The position numbers and the translations under genes are program-made. From positions 1,200 to 42,580 of the forward strand of contig DYTO01000005.1 in NCBI GenBank assembly GCA_020725895.1: a stretch of 41,381 nt of DNA, given 5' to 3'. Every line of letters begins with the position of its first letter. Positions within the stretch are counted from its first letter, which is position 1. This document shows, one piece after another, positions 18,636 to 25,664 of the stretch. This DNA comes from Candidatus Hadarchaeum sp. (GTDB lineage Archaea > Hadarchaeota > Hadarchaeia > Hadarchaeales > Hadarchaeaceae). The notes beneath the pieces were generated by a model. The model was given only the letters and a program-made list of their open reading frames with translations, was not told the DNA's origin and ran no database searches.

Positions 18636-19534
18636 TGAGAGCTGAATCTGCCTTTGTCCCTGCGCACATCTCTGGATTTTTCGAGCCATGCGACGCTGAA
18701 GACCCGCGGCGCGTAGGCTCGCGCAACTGCGGCCCCTGCATCGAGCCAGGTGTCCTGACCAAAGTCATCACAGACAAGTCAAAAAATCCCTCTTTGAAAA
18801 TAAGGATAAACGGCGCAAACGCAGAGGCAATCACCACGCGCTCTGTTGTAGAACAAGTCCTTGAGCTAACTCGCGGTCATTTTGAAATAGAAATAGACCA
18901 CATATGCCAGGTCCCGATTGGCGCCGGCTTCGGAGCAAGCGGGGCTGGCGCGCTAGGCGCTGCCCTCGCGCTTTCAAAATCTTTGGGGCTAAAAATGTCG
19001 CGGGACGAAATCCTTACGATTGCTCATGTCGCGGAAGTGACTTGCAGAACCGGGCTCGGCGACGTTGGCGCTCAAAATCTTGGCGGACTCGTGATTGGCG
19101 TCAGGCCTGGTGCACCGCCCTGGGGGAAATGGAAGAACATCAATGTGCCAGGAAACTTGAGGGTCATCTGCTGTACGCTCGGCCCCCTTTCAACGCCGAA
19201 ACTACTGAGAGAGGCCGATTTCCGGATGCGCGCGAAGAACCTTGCGATCCACGCCATGAAAAAAATCATGAGATCTCCAACCCCCTGGGACTTCATGGAA
19301 GTTTCAACCGAATTTTCTGAAAGACTCGGACTACTTGACGACGAACTTCGAACATTAATCTCCGATGCGAAAAAAGCCGGGGCGATAGGTGCGAGCCAGG
19401 TCATGCTCGGCCGCGCCGTTTTTGCCCTCGTTGAGAGAGAAAAAATGGTCAGAGTAAGGAGCGCCCTTCTAAAGTCAAGGGCAGAATCCCTGATAATATC
19501 AAAAATCGCGAGGAAAGGCGCTAAACTTTTTTGA
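18635..19534 (+). CDS. GHMP-family kinase, most likely archaeal pantoate kinase
   Basis: The N-terminus AFVPAHISGFFEP is typical of the archaeal pantoate-kinase group. The GHMP motif is PIGAGFGASGAGALGAALAL. The start overlaps the coaBC stop (TAATG). Gene context is CoA biosynthesis. Confidence 0.7.
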   Translation: MRAESAFVPAHISGFFEPCDAEDPRRVGSRNCGPCIEPGVLTKVITDKSKNPSLKIRINGANAEAITTRSVVEQVLELTRGHFEIEIDHICQVPIGAGFGASGAGALGAALALSKSLGLKMSRDEILTIAHVAEVTCRTGLGDVGAQNLGGLVIGVRPGAPPWGKWKNINVPGNLRVICCTLGPLSTPKLLREADFRMRAKNLAIHAMKKIMRSPTPWDFMEVSTEFSERLGLLDDELRTLISDAKKAGAIGASQVMLGRAVFALVEREKMVRVRSALLKSRAESLIISKIARKGAKLF

Positions 19535-20053
19535 TCAGAACTTGTTCTCGTGCAATACTTTGTCGAGCGGCATCCTTGAAGTCGGCTTTGGCTTCTCTGC
19601 CGGGCGTCCAATCGGAATCATCGCCACCGGCCGGATATCCTTAGGTGCATTAATCGCTTCCGCAACGGCGGAATCGTTGAAAGCCCCGACCCAGCAAGTC
19701 CCGTAACCCAACGCGTGTGCCGCCAAAATCATTCCATACGTTGCGATTGCGGTATCCTGGAAACTATAGAGGCTTACCCCTCTCTCGCCGTACGCCTTTG
19801 AAGACCTGGAGATGTTCGCGCAGACCACGATCACTACCGGCGCATCCATCAATTTCCCCTGGCCGGACCCTGCGACGAGTTTCTCCTTGACCTTCGCGTC
19901 TCGCACGGCCACGAACTCCCACGGCTGCGAGTTCCCTGCGCTTGGAGACAAGATTCCCGCCTCAAGAATCTTTTTCAAATCCTCCTCTTTGACAGGATCC
20001 TTCTTGTAAACCCGGACGCTCCTCCTACCGCGGATAGCTTCAAAAATCTCCAT
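19535..20053 (-). CDS. Nitroreductase-family FMN oxidoreductase
   Basis: MEIFEAIRGRRSVRVYKKDPV, PSAGNSQPWEFV and the C-terminal IPIGRP are nitroreductase-fold signatures. 172 aa. Confidence 0.85.
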   Translation of the reverse strand: MEIFEAIRGRRSVRVYKKDPVKEEDLKKILEAGILSPSAGNSQPWEFVAVRDAKVKEKLVAGSGQGKLMDAPVVIVVCANISRSSKAYGERGVSLYSFQDTAIATYGMILAAHALGYGTCWVGAFNDSAVAEAINAPKDIRPVAMIPIGRPAEKPKPTSRMPLDKVLHENKF

Positions 20054-20097
20054 CAGACTCTATTAAAAGCGCGAGAAATAAAAGAGTTTGGATTGGC

Positions 20098-20346
20098 TTG
20101 ACGGAATTCTCGCAACTGAACTGGATAATCGAAAAGGCCTCCGAACTGCTCAGCGACAAGGTGAAGGACGCCCCTTTGACGGACATGGACGTGGAGATCG
20201 CGTATGACATGTTCGCGAAGTCCAGGCTCCAGCACGTGGAGGGGGAGTTCAAAACCGACCAGGATAGGGCCCAAGCACAAGATTATATTATCATGAAACT
20301 ACAAGAGAGAGCGAAGCAACTCAATAATGAACGATGGAGGAAATGA
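20098..20346 (+). CDS. Small hypothetical, predicted all-helical protein (82 aa, TTG start)
   Basis: I recognise no domain. The composition is charged and helical. Its TGA (20344-20346) lies 1 nt before the ATG of the next gene, and its 3' end carries that gene's GGAGG. Confidence 0.4.
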   Translation: MTEFSQLNWIIEKASELLSDKVKDAPLTDMDVEIAYDMFAKSRLQHVEGEFKTDQDRAQAQDYIIMKLQERAKQLNNERWRK

Positions 20347-20347
20347 A

Positions 20348-20833
20348 ATGAGGAAGGTTGCAATACTGACCCTGGGCTTTCACCCGAGGCCGCTGGAGCA
20401 CGTGATGCATGAAAAGAAGCCTGACGTCTGTTATGTCGTCACGTCTGAAAACGGGCTCAAGCATGTCGCAGAGGAGCATGGCTACAATGAAACCAACTTG
20501 GTAGTGCTGACGGCAGCCGCAAAAAAATCAAAGTGCAAGCTGCAGATTTTCAAGTGCGATGCTTTCGACCCCGAGTCCATAGGTGACTCGATAGGAAAGG
20601 TCCTCGAACAGTTGAAACCGGACGACCAAGTGATGATCAACTACAGCGGGGGCACGCAGGCGATGAGCCTTGTTCTTGGATCGGTGGCGATAGTCCTGTC
20701 CAGGATAATGGAAATCCAGATCTTGTACTCGACGCGCTCGCCCGGCGGGAAGGAAAAACTGCTTGACCACAGCAAGAAGCTAAGCGAGCTGTTCCACAAG
20801 CTCTACGAGATAGTCCCCTCGATGCCTAGGTAA
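20348..20833 (+). CDS. Stand-alone CARF / Csa3-N-terminal-like Rossmann-type sensor domain protein (161 aa)
   Basis: MRKVAILTLGFHPRPLEHV is a beta1 followed by the TLGF loop, as in Csa3. DVCYVVTSE is beta2. QVMINYSGGTQAMSLVLGSVAIVL is the hhhxxSGGTxxMS strand-loop-helix typical of CARF ligand pockets. No effector or HTH domain follows. GGAGG at 20336-20340 lies 7 nt upstream of the ATG. Confidence 0.5.
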   Translation: MRKVAILTLGFHPRPLEHVMHEKKPDVCYVVTSENGLKHVAEEHGYNETNLVVLTAAAKKSKCKLQIFKCDAFDPESIGDSIGKVLEQLKPDDQVMINYSGGTQAMSLVLGSVAIVLSRIMEIQILYSTRSPGGKEKLLDHSKKLSELFHKLYEIVPSMPR

Positions 20834-20835
20834 AT

Positions 20836-21102
20836 TTACAACAAAGGCAGGCGCCCAACCCAAACCATGTATATTGCCAGTACAGAAAGTATTGCTACGA
20901 CTATCAGTCCTGTTCCCCATTTCCTAGCCTGGGCCTTTATGCATATGTAGCCGAAAAGCCCTGCGCCGCCTGCGATCACGAGGAGAACAAGAGTCATCAC
21001 GATCTGTCCGATGATCCTGACCAGGCCAGTCTGCGTCAGCGCGATTAGTGGCAGAATAACAAGCAACACCGCCACGATGCCTATCAGTGCCATTCCTCGC
21101 AA
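20836..21102 (-). CDS. Small 3-TM membrane protein, function unknown
   Basis: 88 aa and almost entirely hydrophobic (LIGIVAVLLVILPLIAL, IVMTLVLLVIAGGAGLFGYICI, GLIVVAILSVLAIYMVWV). Confidence 0.45.
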   Translation of the reverse strand: MRGMALIGIVAVLLVILPLIALTQTGLVRIIGQIVMTLVLLVIAGGAGLFGYICIKAQARKWGTGLIVVAILSVLAIYMVWVGRLPLL

Positions 21103-21152
21103 TTTTTCACCTATCCTTCTTATATCGTGTGCTTTTTAAAGTAAATGGTCAA

Positions 21153-22913
21153 ATGCCGAGAATTGCGGTTCTAGACAGGGATCTGTGCCAGCCAAACCTG
21201 TGCACGACGGAATGCCTGAGGTACTGCCCGGGAGTGAAGACGGGAGACGAGACGATAGTCATAGACGATAGTGGGCGCCCGCTGATCTCCGAGAGACTTT
21301 GCAGCGGCTGCGGGATATGCGTCCACAAGTGCCCTCACCATGCCATTTACATAATCAACCTGCCCCAGGAACTGGAGGGGCGATGCGTTCACAGGTACGG
21401 GCAGAACGGTTTCGCGATATACGGGTTGCCAATCGTCCGCTCGGGGAGCGTCGTCGGGCTCGTGGGGCAGAACGGCACGGGAAAGAGCACCGTCCTGAAC
21501 ATCCTCTCGAACAATATCAAGCCGAACTTGGGTGGGAAAGAAGTGGCGGCCGCCGAAACGCTGAACAAGTTCTTCAGGGGCTCCGAGCTCCAGGAGTACT
21601 TCTCTAAAATAGAAGGAAAAAAATTCGCTTACAAGCCGCAAAAGATCGAAGTCGTCGAAAGGCTGAAGGGGCGGAGCGCCGGCGACCTTCTCAGCTCGAC
21701 CGATGAGCGCAAGGTCGCAGAATCATACGTAAAAACCCTGGAATTGGGCAAAGTCCTGGAAAGGGAGGTGGGGCTGCTGAGCGGCGGCGAGCTCCAGAGG
21801 CTGGCCATAGCCGCGGCCGCCGCCAAGGATGCCGATGTCTATTTCTTCGACGAGCCAAGCTCCCACCTCGACGTCTACCAGAGGCTGAACGCTGCAAAAG
21901 TGATTCGAGGCCTTGCCGAAATCGGGAAGTCTGTGCTTCTCGTCGAGCATGACCTAGCCCTCTTGGACTACATGTGTGATTACGTCCACGTTGTTTACGG
22001 GGGGCCGTGCGCCTACGGTGTTGTCTCCTCGCCACAGGGCGTGCGCGTGGGGATCAACGTTTACCTGGACGGTTATCTCAAGGCTGAGAACGTCAGGTTC
22101 AGGGACGTCCCGATAAAGTTCGATGTCAGGCCGCCCGCGAAGGGCAGGGTTGAAGACAAAATCGGATTCTCCTATCCGGATTTTTCGAAGGACTTGGACG
22201 GCTTCCGCTTGCGGGTGGGCGCCGGAGAGGTTTACTCGGGGGAGGTCATCGGGGTGGTCGGCCCGAACGCAACTGGGAAGACGACATTCATCAGGATGCT
22301 CGCGGGAGATATCTCGCCTACCAACGGCGCGCTCGACTTCAAGCTATCGATATCATACAAGCCACAGTACCCAAAGGTGGAATTCGAAGGGACGGTGCAC
22401 GACTGGCTCCGATCGAAATTAGGGAGTTTCGACCCGGCCCTGGGGCCTGAAGTCCTGAACCCGCTTGAGGTCACACCTCTCCTGAACCGGGAGATGAAAA
22501 ACCTGAGCGGCGGCGAGCTCCAGAGGGTAGTCATTTCGGGATGTCTCGGTCGGTCGGCCGACGTATACCTGTTGGACGAGCCGAGCGCATACCTCGACGT
22601 CGAGCAGAGGCTCCAGATGTCCAAGGCCATCCGGAGGACGATAGAGAAGAGGGAGGCGGTCGCCATTGTGGTCGACCACGATGTCCTGGCCGTCGACATG
22701 ATATCCGACCGCTTGTTGGTCTTCGGCGGCGAGCCCGGCAGAAGCGGGGTCGCGAGGGGGCCGTTCAAAATGCGGGAGGGGATGAACCTCTTCCTCAAGG
22801 AGCTCGGGATAACATTCAGGCGGGACCCCCAGACGGGCAGGCCAAGGGCCAACAAGCCTGGCAGCGTCATCGACCGTGAGCAGAGGGGGCGCGGGGAATA
22901 CTTTTACATCTGA
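21153..22913 (+). CDS. abcE1: ABCE1 / RNase L inhibitor-type ribosome recycling ATPase
   Basis: MPRIAVLDRDLCQPNLCTTECLRYCPG...CSGCGICVHKCP is the N-terminal di-[4Fe-4S] domain. Two ABC cassettes follow (GQNGTGKST / LSGGELQR twice, GPNATGKTT). The start is trimmed to ATG 21153. Confidence 0.95.
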   Translation: MPRIAVLDRDLCQPNLCTTECLRYCPGVKTGDETIVIDDSGRPLISERLCSGCGICVHKCPHHAIYIINLPQELEGRCVHRYGQNGFAIYGLPIVRSGSVVGLVGQNGTGKSTVLNILSNNIKPNLGGKEVAAAETLNKFFRGSELQEYFSKIEGKKFAYKPQKIEVVERLKGRSAGDLLSSTDERKVAESYVKTLELGKVLEREVGLLSGGELQRLAIAAAAAKDADVYFFDEPSSHLDVYQRLNAAKVIRGLAEIGKSVLLVEHDLALLDYMCDYVHVVYGGPCAYGVVSSPQGVRVGINVYLDGYLKAENVRFRDVPIKFDVRPPAKGRVEDKIGFSYPDFSKDLDGFRLRVGAGEVYSGEVIGVVGPNATGKTTFIRMLAGDISPTNGALDFKLSISYKPQYPKVEFEGTVHDWLRSKLGSFDPALGPEVLNPLEVTPLLNREMKNLSGGELQRVVISGCLGRSADVYLLDEPSAYLDVEQRLQMSKAIRRTIEKREAVAIVVDHDVLAVDMISDRLLVFGGEPGRSGVARGPFKMREGMNLFLKELGITFRRDPQTGRPRANKPGSVIDREQRGRGEYFYI

Positions 22914-22934
22914 GGGTTCATTTTAGGTGGGAAG

Positions 22935-23204
22935 ATGGGAATCAAGGAAGAGATACGCTGGCTGAAGGAAAACGAGAGCGGCTGGGGAAAGACGTTCGAA
23001 ATAATCGCTGAAAATAAAAAAATGGGGATCTGGGCTCTGAAGGAAGCTTGCGGGGATGAGGACTGGTGGCCGATCAAAGCATACGTGAAACTGCTATCCG
23101 AGCACGGCCTCGTCACGAACGAAAACGGAAACATAAATCTGACGGAGCAGGGGGGCGCAGTTTTCGACATAATGAAGGCGACAGAGGACGTTAAGCAGGT
23201 CTAG
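22935..23204 (+). CDS. Small winged-helix-like protein (89 aa), function unknown
   Basis: IKAYVKLLSEHGLVTNENGNINLTEQGGAVF looks like a recognition helix plus wing. It begins 21 nt downstream of abcE1. Confidence 0.4.
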   Translation: MGIKEEIRWLKENESGWGKTFEIIAENKKMGIWALKEACGDEDWWPIKAYVKLLSEHGLVTNENGNINLTEQGGAVFDIMKATEDVKQV

Positions 23205-23449
23205 ATCGAGATATCGGAGACGTTCCCGCCCTTTATCACCATCAACTTGTGCCTGATCTCCTTGTCGAGCTCTTCCGCCTCCTCCAAAAGGAGGTTCATG
23301 TGCTCGTCGTGCTCCACGAGCTTCCCGCTGATCTTCCGCCCGTCCTTCACGGTTATCGTGACAACCTGGTTAAGGAACCTTTCGATGCCCGTGATGGTCA
23401 CTGTTTTGTCCGCGTTCTCTTCCATTGGAACCAAAGGTATTCTATCCAC
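23201..23449 (-). CDS. Sm-like archaeal protein (LSm/SmAP)
   Basis: VTITVKDGRKISGKLVEHDEHMNLLLEEAEE...LMVIKGGNV carries the Sm1 and Sm2 motifs. 82 aa. Confidence 0.9.
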   Translation of the reverse strand: MDRIPLVPMEENADKTVTITGIERFLNQVVTITVKDGRKISGKLVEHDEHMNLLLEEAEELDKEIRHKLMVIKGGNVSDISI

Positions 23450-23478
23450 ACGTATTTAGCCCTCTCCGAAGGCCGTCC

Positions 23479-23494
23479 TTTCCCTTATAAGGGA
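23479..23494. promoter_or_regulatory. Perfect 16-nt palindrome TTCCCTTATAAGGGAA with a central TATA-like core, in the divergent Sm / radA intergenic region
   Basis: Read directly from the sequence. The centre lies about 38 nt upstream of the Sm start codon and about 94 nt upstream of the radA ATG. It is a candidate bidirectional TATA/BRE element or operator. Confidence 0.35.
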
Positions 23495-23567
23495 ATACTT
23501 CCGGTGACCTCCCTCCCCCGAAACGGCATAAGCGCACATGCAAAAAATCAATCATGAAATCGGAACT

Positions 23568-23575
23568 GGAGGTGA
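23568..23575 (+). promoter_or_regulatory. Shine-Dalgarno-like GGAGGTGA upstream of radA
   Basis: GGAGGTGA ends 5 nt before ATG 23581. Similar GGAGG elements precede several other genes (4723, 7182, 20336, 36097). Confidence 0.6.
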
Positions 23576-23580
23576 AATGA

Positions 23581-24513
23581 ATGGTTGAAATTGAAGAGTT
23601 GGATGGAGTGGGGCCGGCGATTGCCGAAAAGCTCAAGGAGGCCGGTTATGATTCAGTCATGAACCTGGCTGTTGCAACTGCCGGGGACGTCATGGAGGCG
23701 GCGGACATAGGGATGAAAACCGCTGTCAAGGTGATAACTTCGGCCAGGGACGCGTCGAAGATGGATTATGAACTCGCCAGCGAAATCTTGGAGCGGAGGA
23801 AAAACCTGGTCAGGATATCGACCAGTAGCCCCGCTTTGGACAAGATTCTGGGTGGCGGGATCGAGACGAGAGGTATCACGGAAGTTTTTGGAGAGTTTGG
23901 GACAGGAAAATCGCAGATTGCGCACCAGATTGCGGTGAACGCCCAGCTGCCCGTAGAACAAGGCGGGTTGGGCGGTAAGGTGATCTATATCGACACCGAG
24001 AACACGTTCAGGCCAGAGAGGATAGTCCAGATGGCCACTGCCGCTGGTTTTGACCCGAATACGGCTTTGGACAACATTTTTGTCGCAAGGGCACACACGA
24101 GCGACCACCAGATGTTGCTTGTGACGAGAGCGATGGATATGGCTGAAAGAGAGGGCGTAAAACTCCTCGTAATCGATTCTGTTTCGGCGCTTTTCAGAAT
24201 TGAATACTGCGGGAGGGGCGCACTCGCGGAAAGACAGCAGAAGATTGGGCGACACATCGGCGAGCTGCACAAGCTGTCGGAGTTGAAAGATTTGGCAGTC
24301 TTCCTGACGAACCAGGTCCAATCCAGGCCAGATGTCTTCTTCGGCGACCCGACTGTGCCTGTCGGAGGGCATGTCTTGGCTCACGCGACGACCGCCAGGG
24401 TCTACCTGCGGAAGTCGAAGGCGAACACGAGGGTCGCAAAACTCGTGGACCACCCGGGTCTGCCGCCAGAGTCGGCGACATTCCAGATAACCGAGGCGGG
24501 AATCAGGGACTAA
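23581..24513 (+). CDS. radA: DNA repair and recombination protein RadA
   Basis: The N-terminal HhH domain is [20 protein letters not shown]. Walker A is [22 protein letters not shown], Walker B LLVIDS and the GGHVLAH loop are also present. 310 aa. Confidence 0.95.
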   Translation: MVEIEELDGVGPAIAEKLKEAGYDSVMNLAVATAGDVMEAADIGMKTAVKVITSARDASKMDYELASEILERRKNLVRISTSSPALDKILGGGIETRGITEVFGEFGTGKSQIAHQIAVNAQLPVEQGGLGGKVIYIDTENTFRPERIVQMATAAGFDPNTALDNIFVARAHTSDHQMLLVTRAMDMAEREGVKLLVIDSVSALFRIEYCGRGALAERQQKIGRHIGELHKLSELKDLAVFLTNQVQSRPDVFFGDPTVPVGGHVLAHATTARVYLRKSKANTRVAKLVDHPGLPPESATFQITEAGIRD

Positions 24514-24532
24514 AAACTCCTGCCTCACTTAA

Positions 24533-24545
24533 TTTTTTTATTTTT
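24533..24545 (+). terminator. Oligo-T tract (TTTTTTTATTTTT) downstream of radA
   Basis: It lies 20 nt after the radA stop. Archaeal transcription typically terminates at oligo-T runs. Confidence 0.5.
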
Positions 24546-24817
24546 CATTTGCACGCGCAGCCAGCCATAGAAGATTTGAAAGTTGGGCGGGGTATGGGGG
24601 ACAAATCAACGCAAGGCGCATAAATTAAGTTTCTATTCTGCACCTTCCGCTGAGGGATGAGGCCCCGCCCGTGTTATTTAACCAACGACAGAGGTTATAT
24701 AATTTTCCCTACTGCGCAAATTTTCCCAATAGTGTATGTCTTGTTAAGTTTTGAAATTTCCGGGCGATGCGTTAGGTTTTTTCGGGCTGCCGTTCCTGTG
24801 CTGATGGTGATTCCCTG

Positions 24818-25660
24818 GTGTTCAAGGTGAAATCTCACGGCTTCGAGCTCGAGATGGAGATGGTCGACGTCAAAAAAGTCCACATCCACGAGGAGATAGT
24901 GCCGGAACTCCTCGAGGGTCTGATCAAGGACATGAAGAAGAACGGTTTCGCGCGCGACCCCGTGCTTGTGGATGCTTCAACGAATGTGGTCCTGGACGGG
25001 ATGCACCGTGTCGCCGCCCTGCGCCAGATGGGTTATGTCAGAATCCCGATATGCAAGGTGGATTACAACAGTACGAGAATCAAGCTCGGCTGCTGGTACC
25101 GCGTGATGACTGGCGGTGACCTCTCAAAGATTCCGGAAATTCTGAAATTGTTCAACTTGAAAACAGAGGAAACCTCTGTTGCTGCGGCTAAACGCGAACT
25201 GAAAAAGAGGGCTGCGACATTCGCTGTGCTGACGACTGAAAATTGTCTCCTAGTCCGGGCTGAAAAAACCGATGTGAGGGAGAGCTACACCTGGGTGAAA
25301 AGAATCGAGCGCGCCCTGAAGGACCAGAAGATAAAAACGAGTTACGCCGACGAGGAGGACGCGATGGAAAAAATATCTGAAAAGACAGTGGTCATGCTCG
25401 TGCCATGCGCGGAGAAGCGCGAGGTCATTGAAATGGCACTCTCGGGGCACGTCTTCGCCCACAAGACGACCCGCCACGTCATACCTGAAAGACCGGTGAA
25501 CGTGCGAGTACCGCTTTCCTGGCTTACGGCAAAAAGGCCATTGCGAGAAGTGAACGGGCTCCTGAACGAGAATCTCACGAAGCGCGGGTACCGGAGCGTT
25601 CCCGCCGGGCAGATGTTCGATGGGCGACGATACGAGGAGGACCTGTTGATTTTCAGGTGA
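24818..25660 (+). CDS. ParB/sulfiredoxin-fold (ParB-like nuclease domain) protein with a C-terminal domain of unknown function
   Basis: VDVKKVHIHEEIVPELLEGLIKDMKKNGFARDPVLVDASTNVVLDGMHRVAALRQMGYVRIPICKV matches the ParBc/Srx pattern (..P..V.....hhDGhHRh.Ah...G...hP). No HTH is evident. The start is GTG with GGTGA upstream, and alternative ATGs lie at 24851 and 24857. Confidence 0.6.
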   Translation: MFKVKSHGFELEMEMVDVKKVHIHEEIVPELLEGLIKDMKKNGFARDPVLVDASTNVVLDGMHRVAALRQMGYVRIPICKVDYNSTRIKLGCWYRVMTGGDLSKIPEILKLFNLKTEETSVAAAKRELKKRAATFAVLTTENCLLVRAEKTDVRESYTWVKRIERALKDQKIKTSYADEEDAMEKISEKTVVMLVPCAEKREVIEMALSGHVFAHKTTRHVIPERPVNVRVPLSWLTAKRPLREVNGLLNENLTKRGYRSVPAGQMFDGRRYEEDLLIFR

Positions 25661-25664
25661 CATC

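Noticed and set aside
18635-19534. Alternative calls for the GHMP kinase (homoserine, mevalonate or shikimate kinase).
   Set aside because: The FVPAHISGFF N-terminus and the coupling to coaBC and PPAT fit the archaeal pantoate kinase group better. This remains unverified without phylogeny.
23653-24528. 291-aa ORF on the minus strand covering almost all of radA.
   Set aside because: It is antisense to a gene with unmistakable RadA motifs. Its translation is Arg/Pro/Leu-rich with no recognisable domain. Long antisense frames are expected opposite codon-biased genes at this GC content.
24585-24670. Possible tRNA, because a 7-8 bp GC acceptor-like stem encloses about 70 nt.
   Set aside because: On neither strand could I build a D-arm, an anticodon arm or a T-arm with a GTTCRANNC-like loop. 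I keep it only as a generic structured-RNA candidate.
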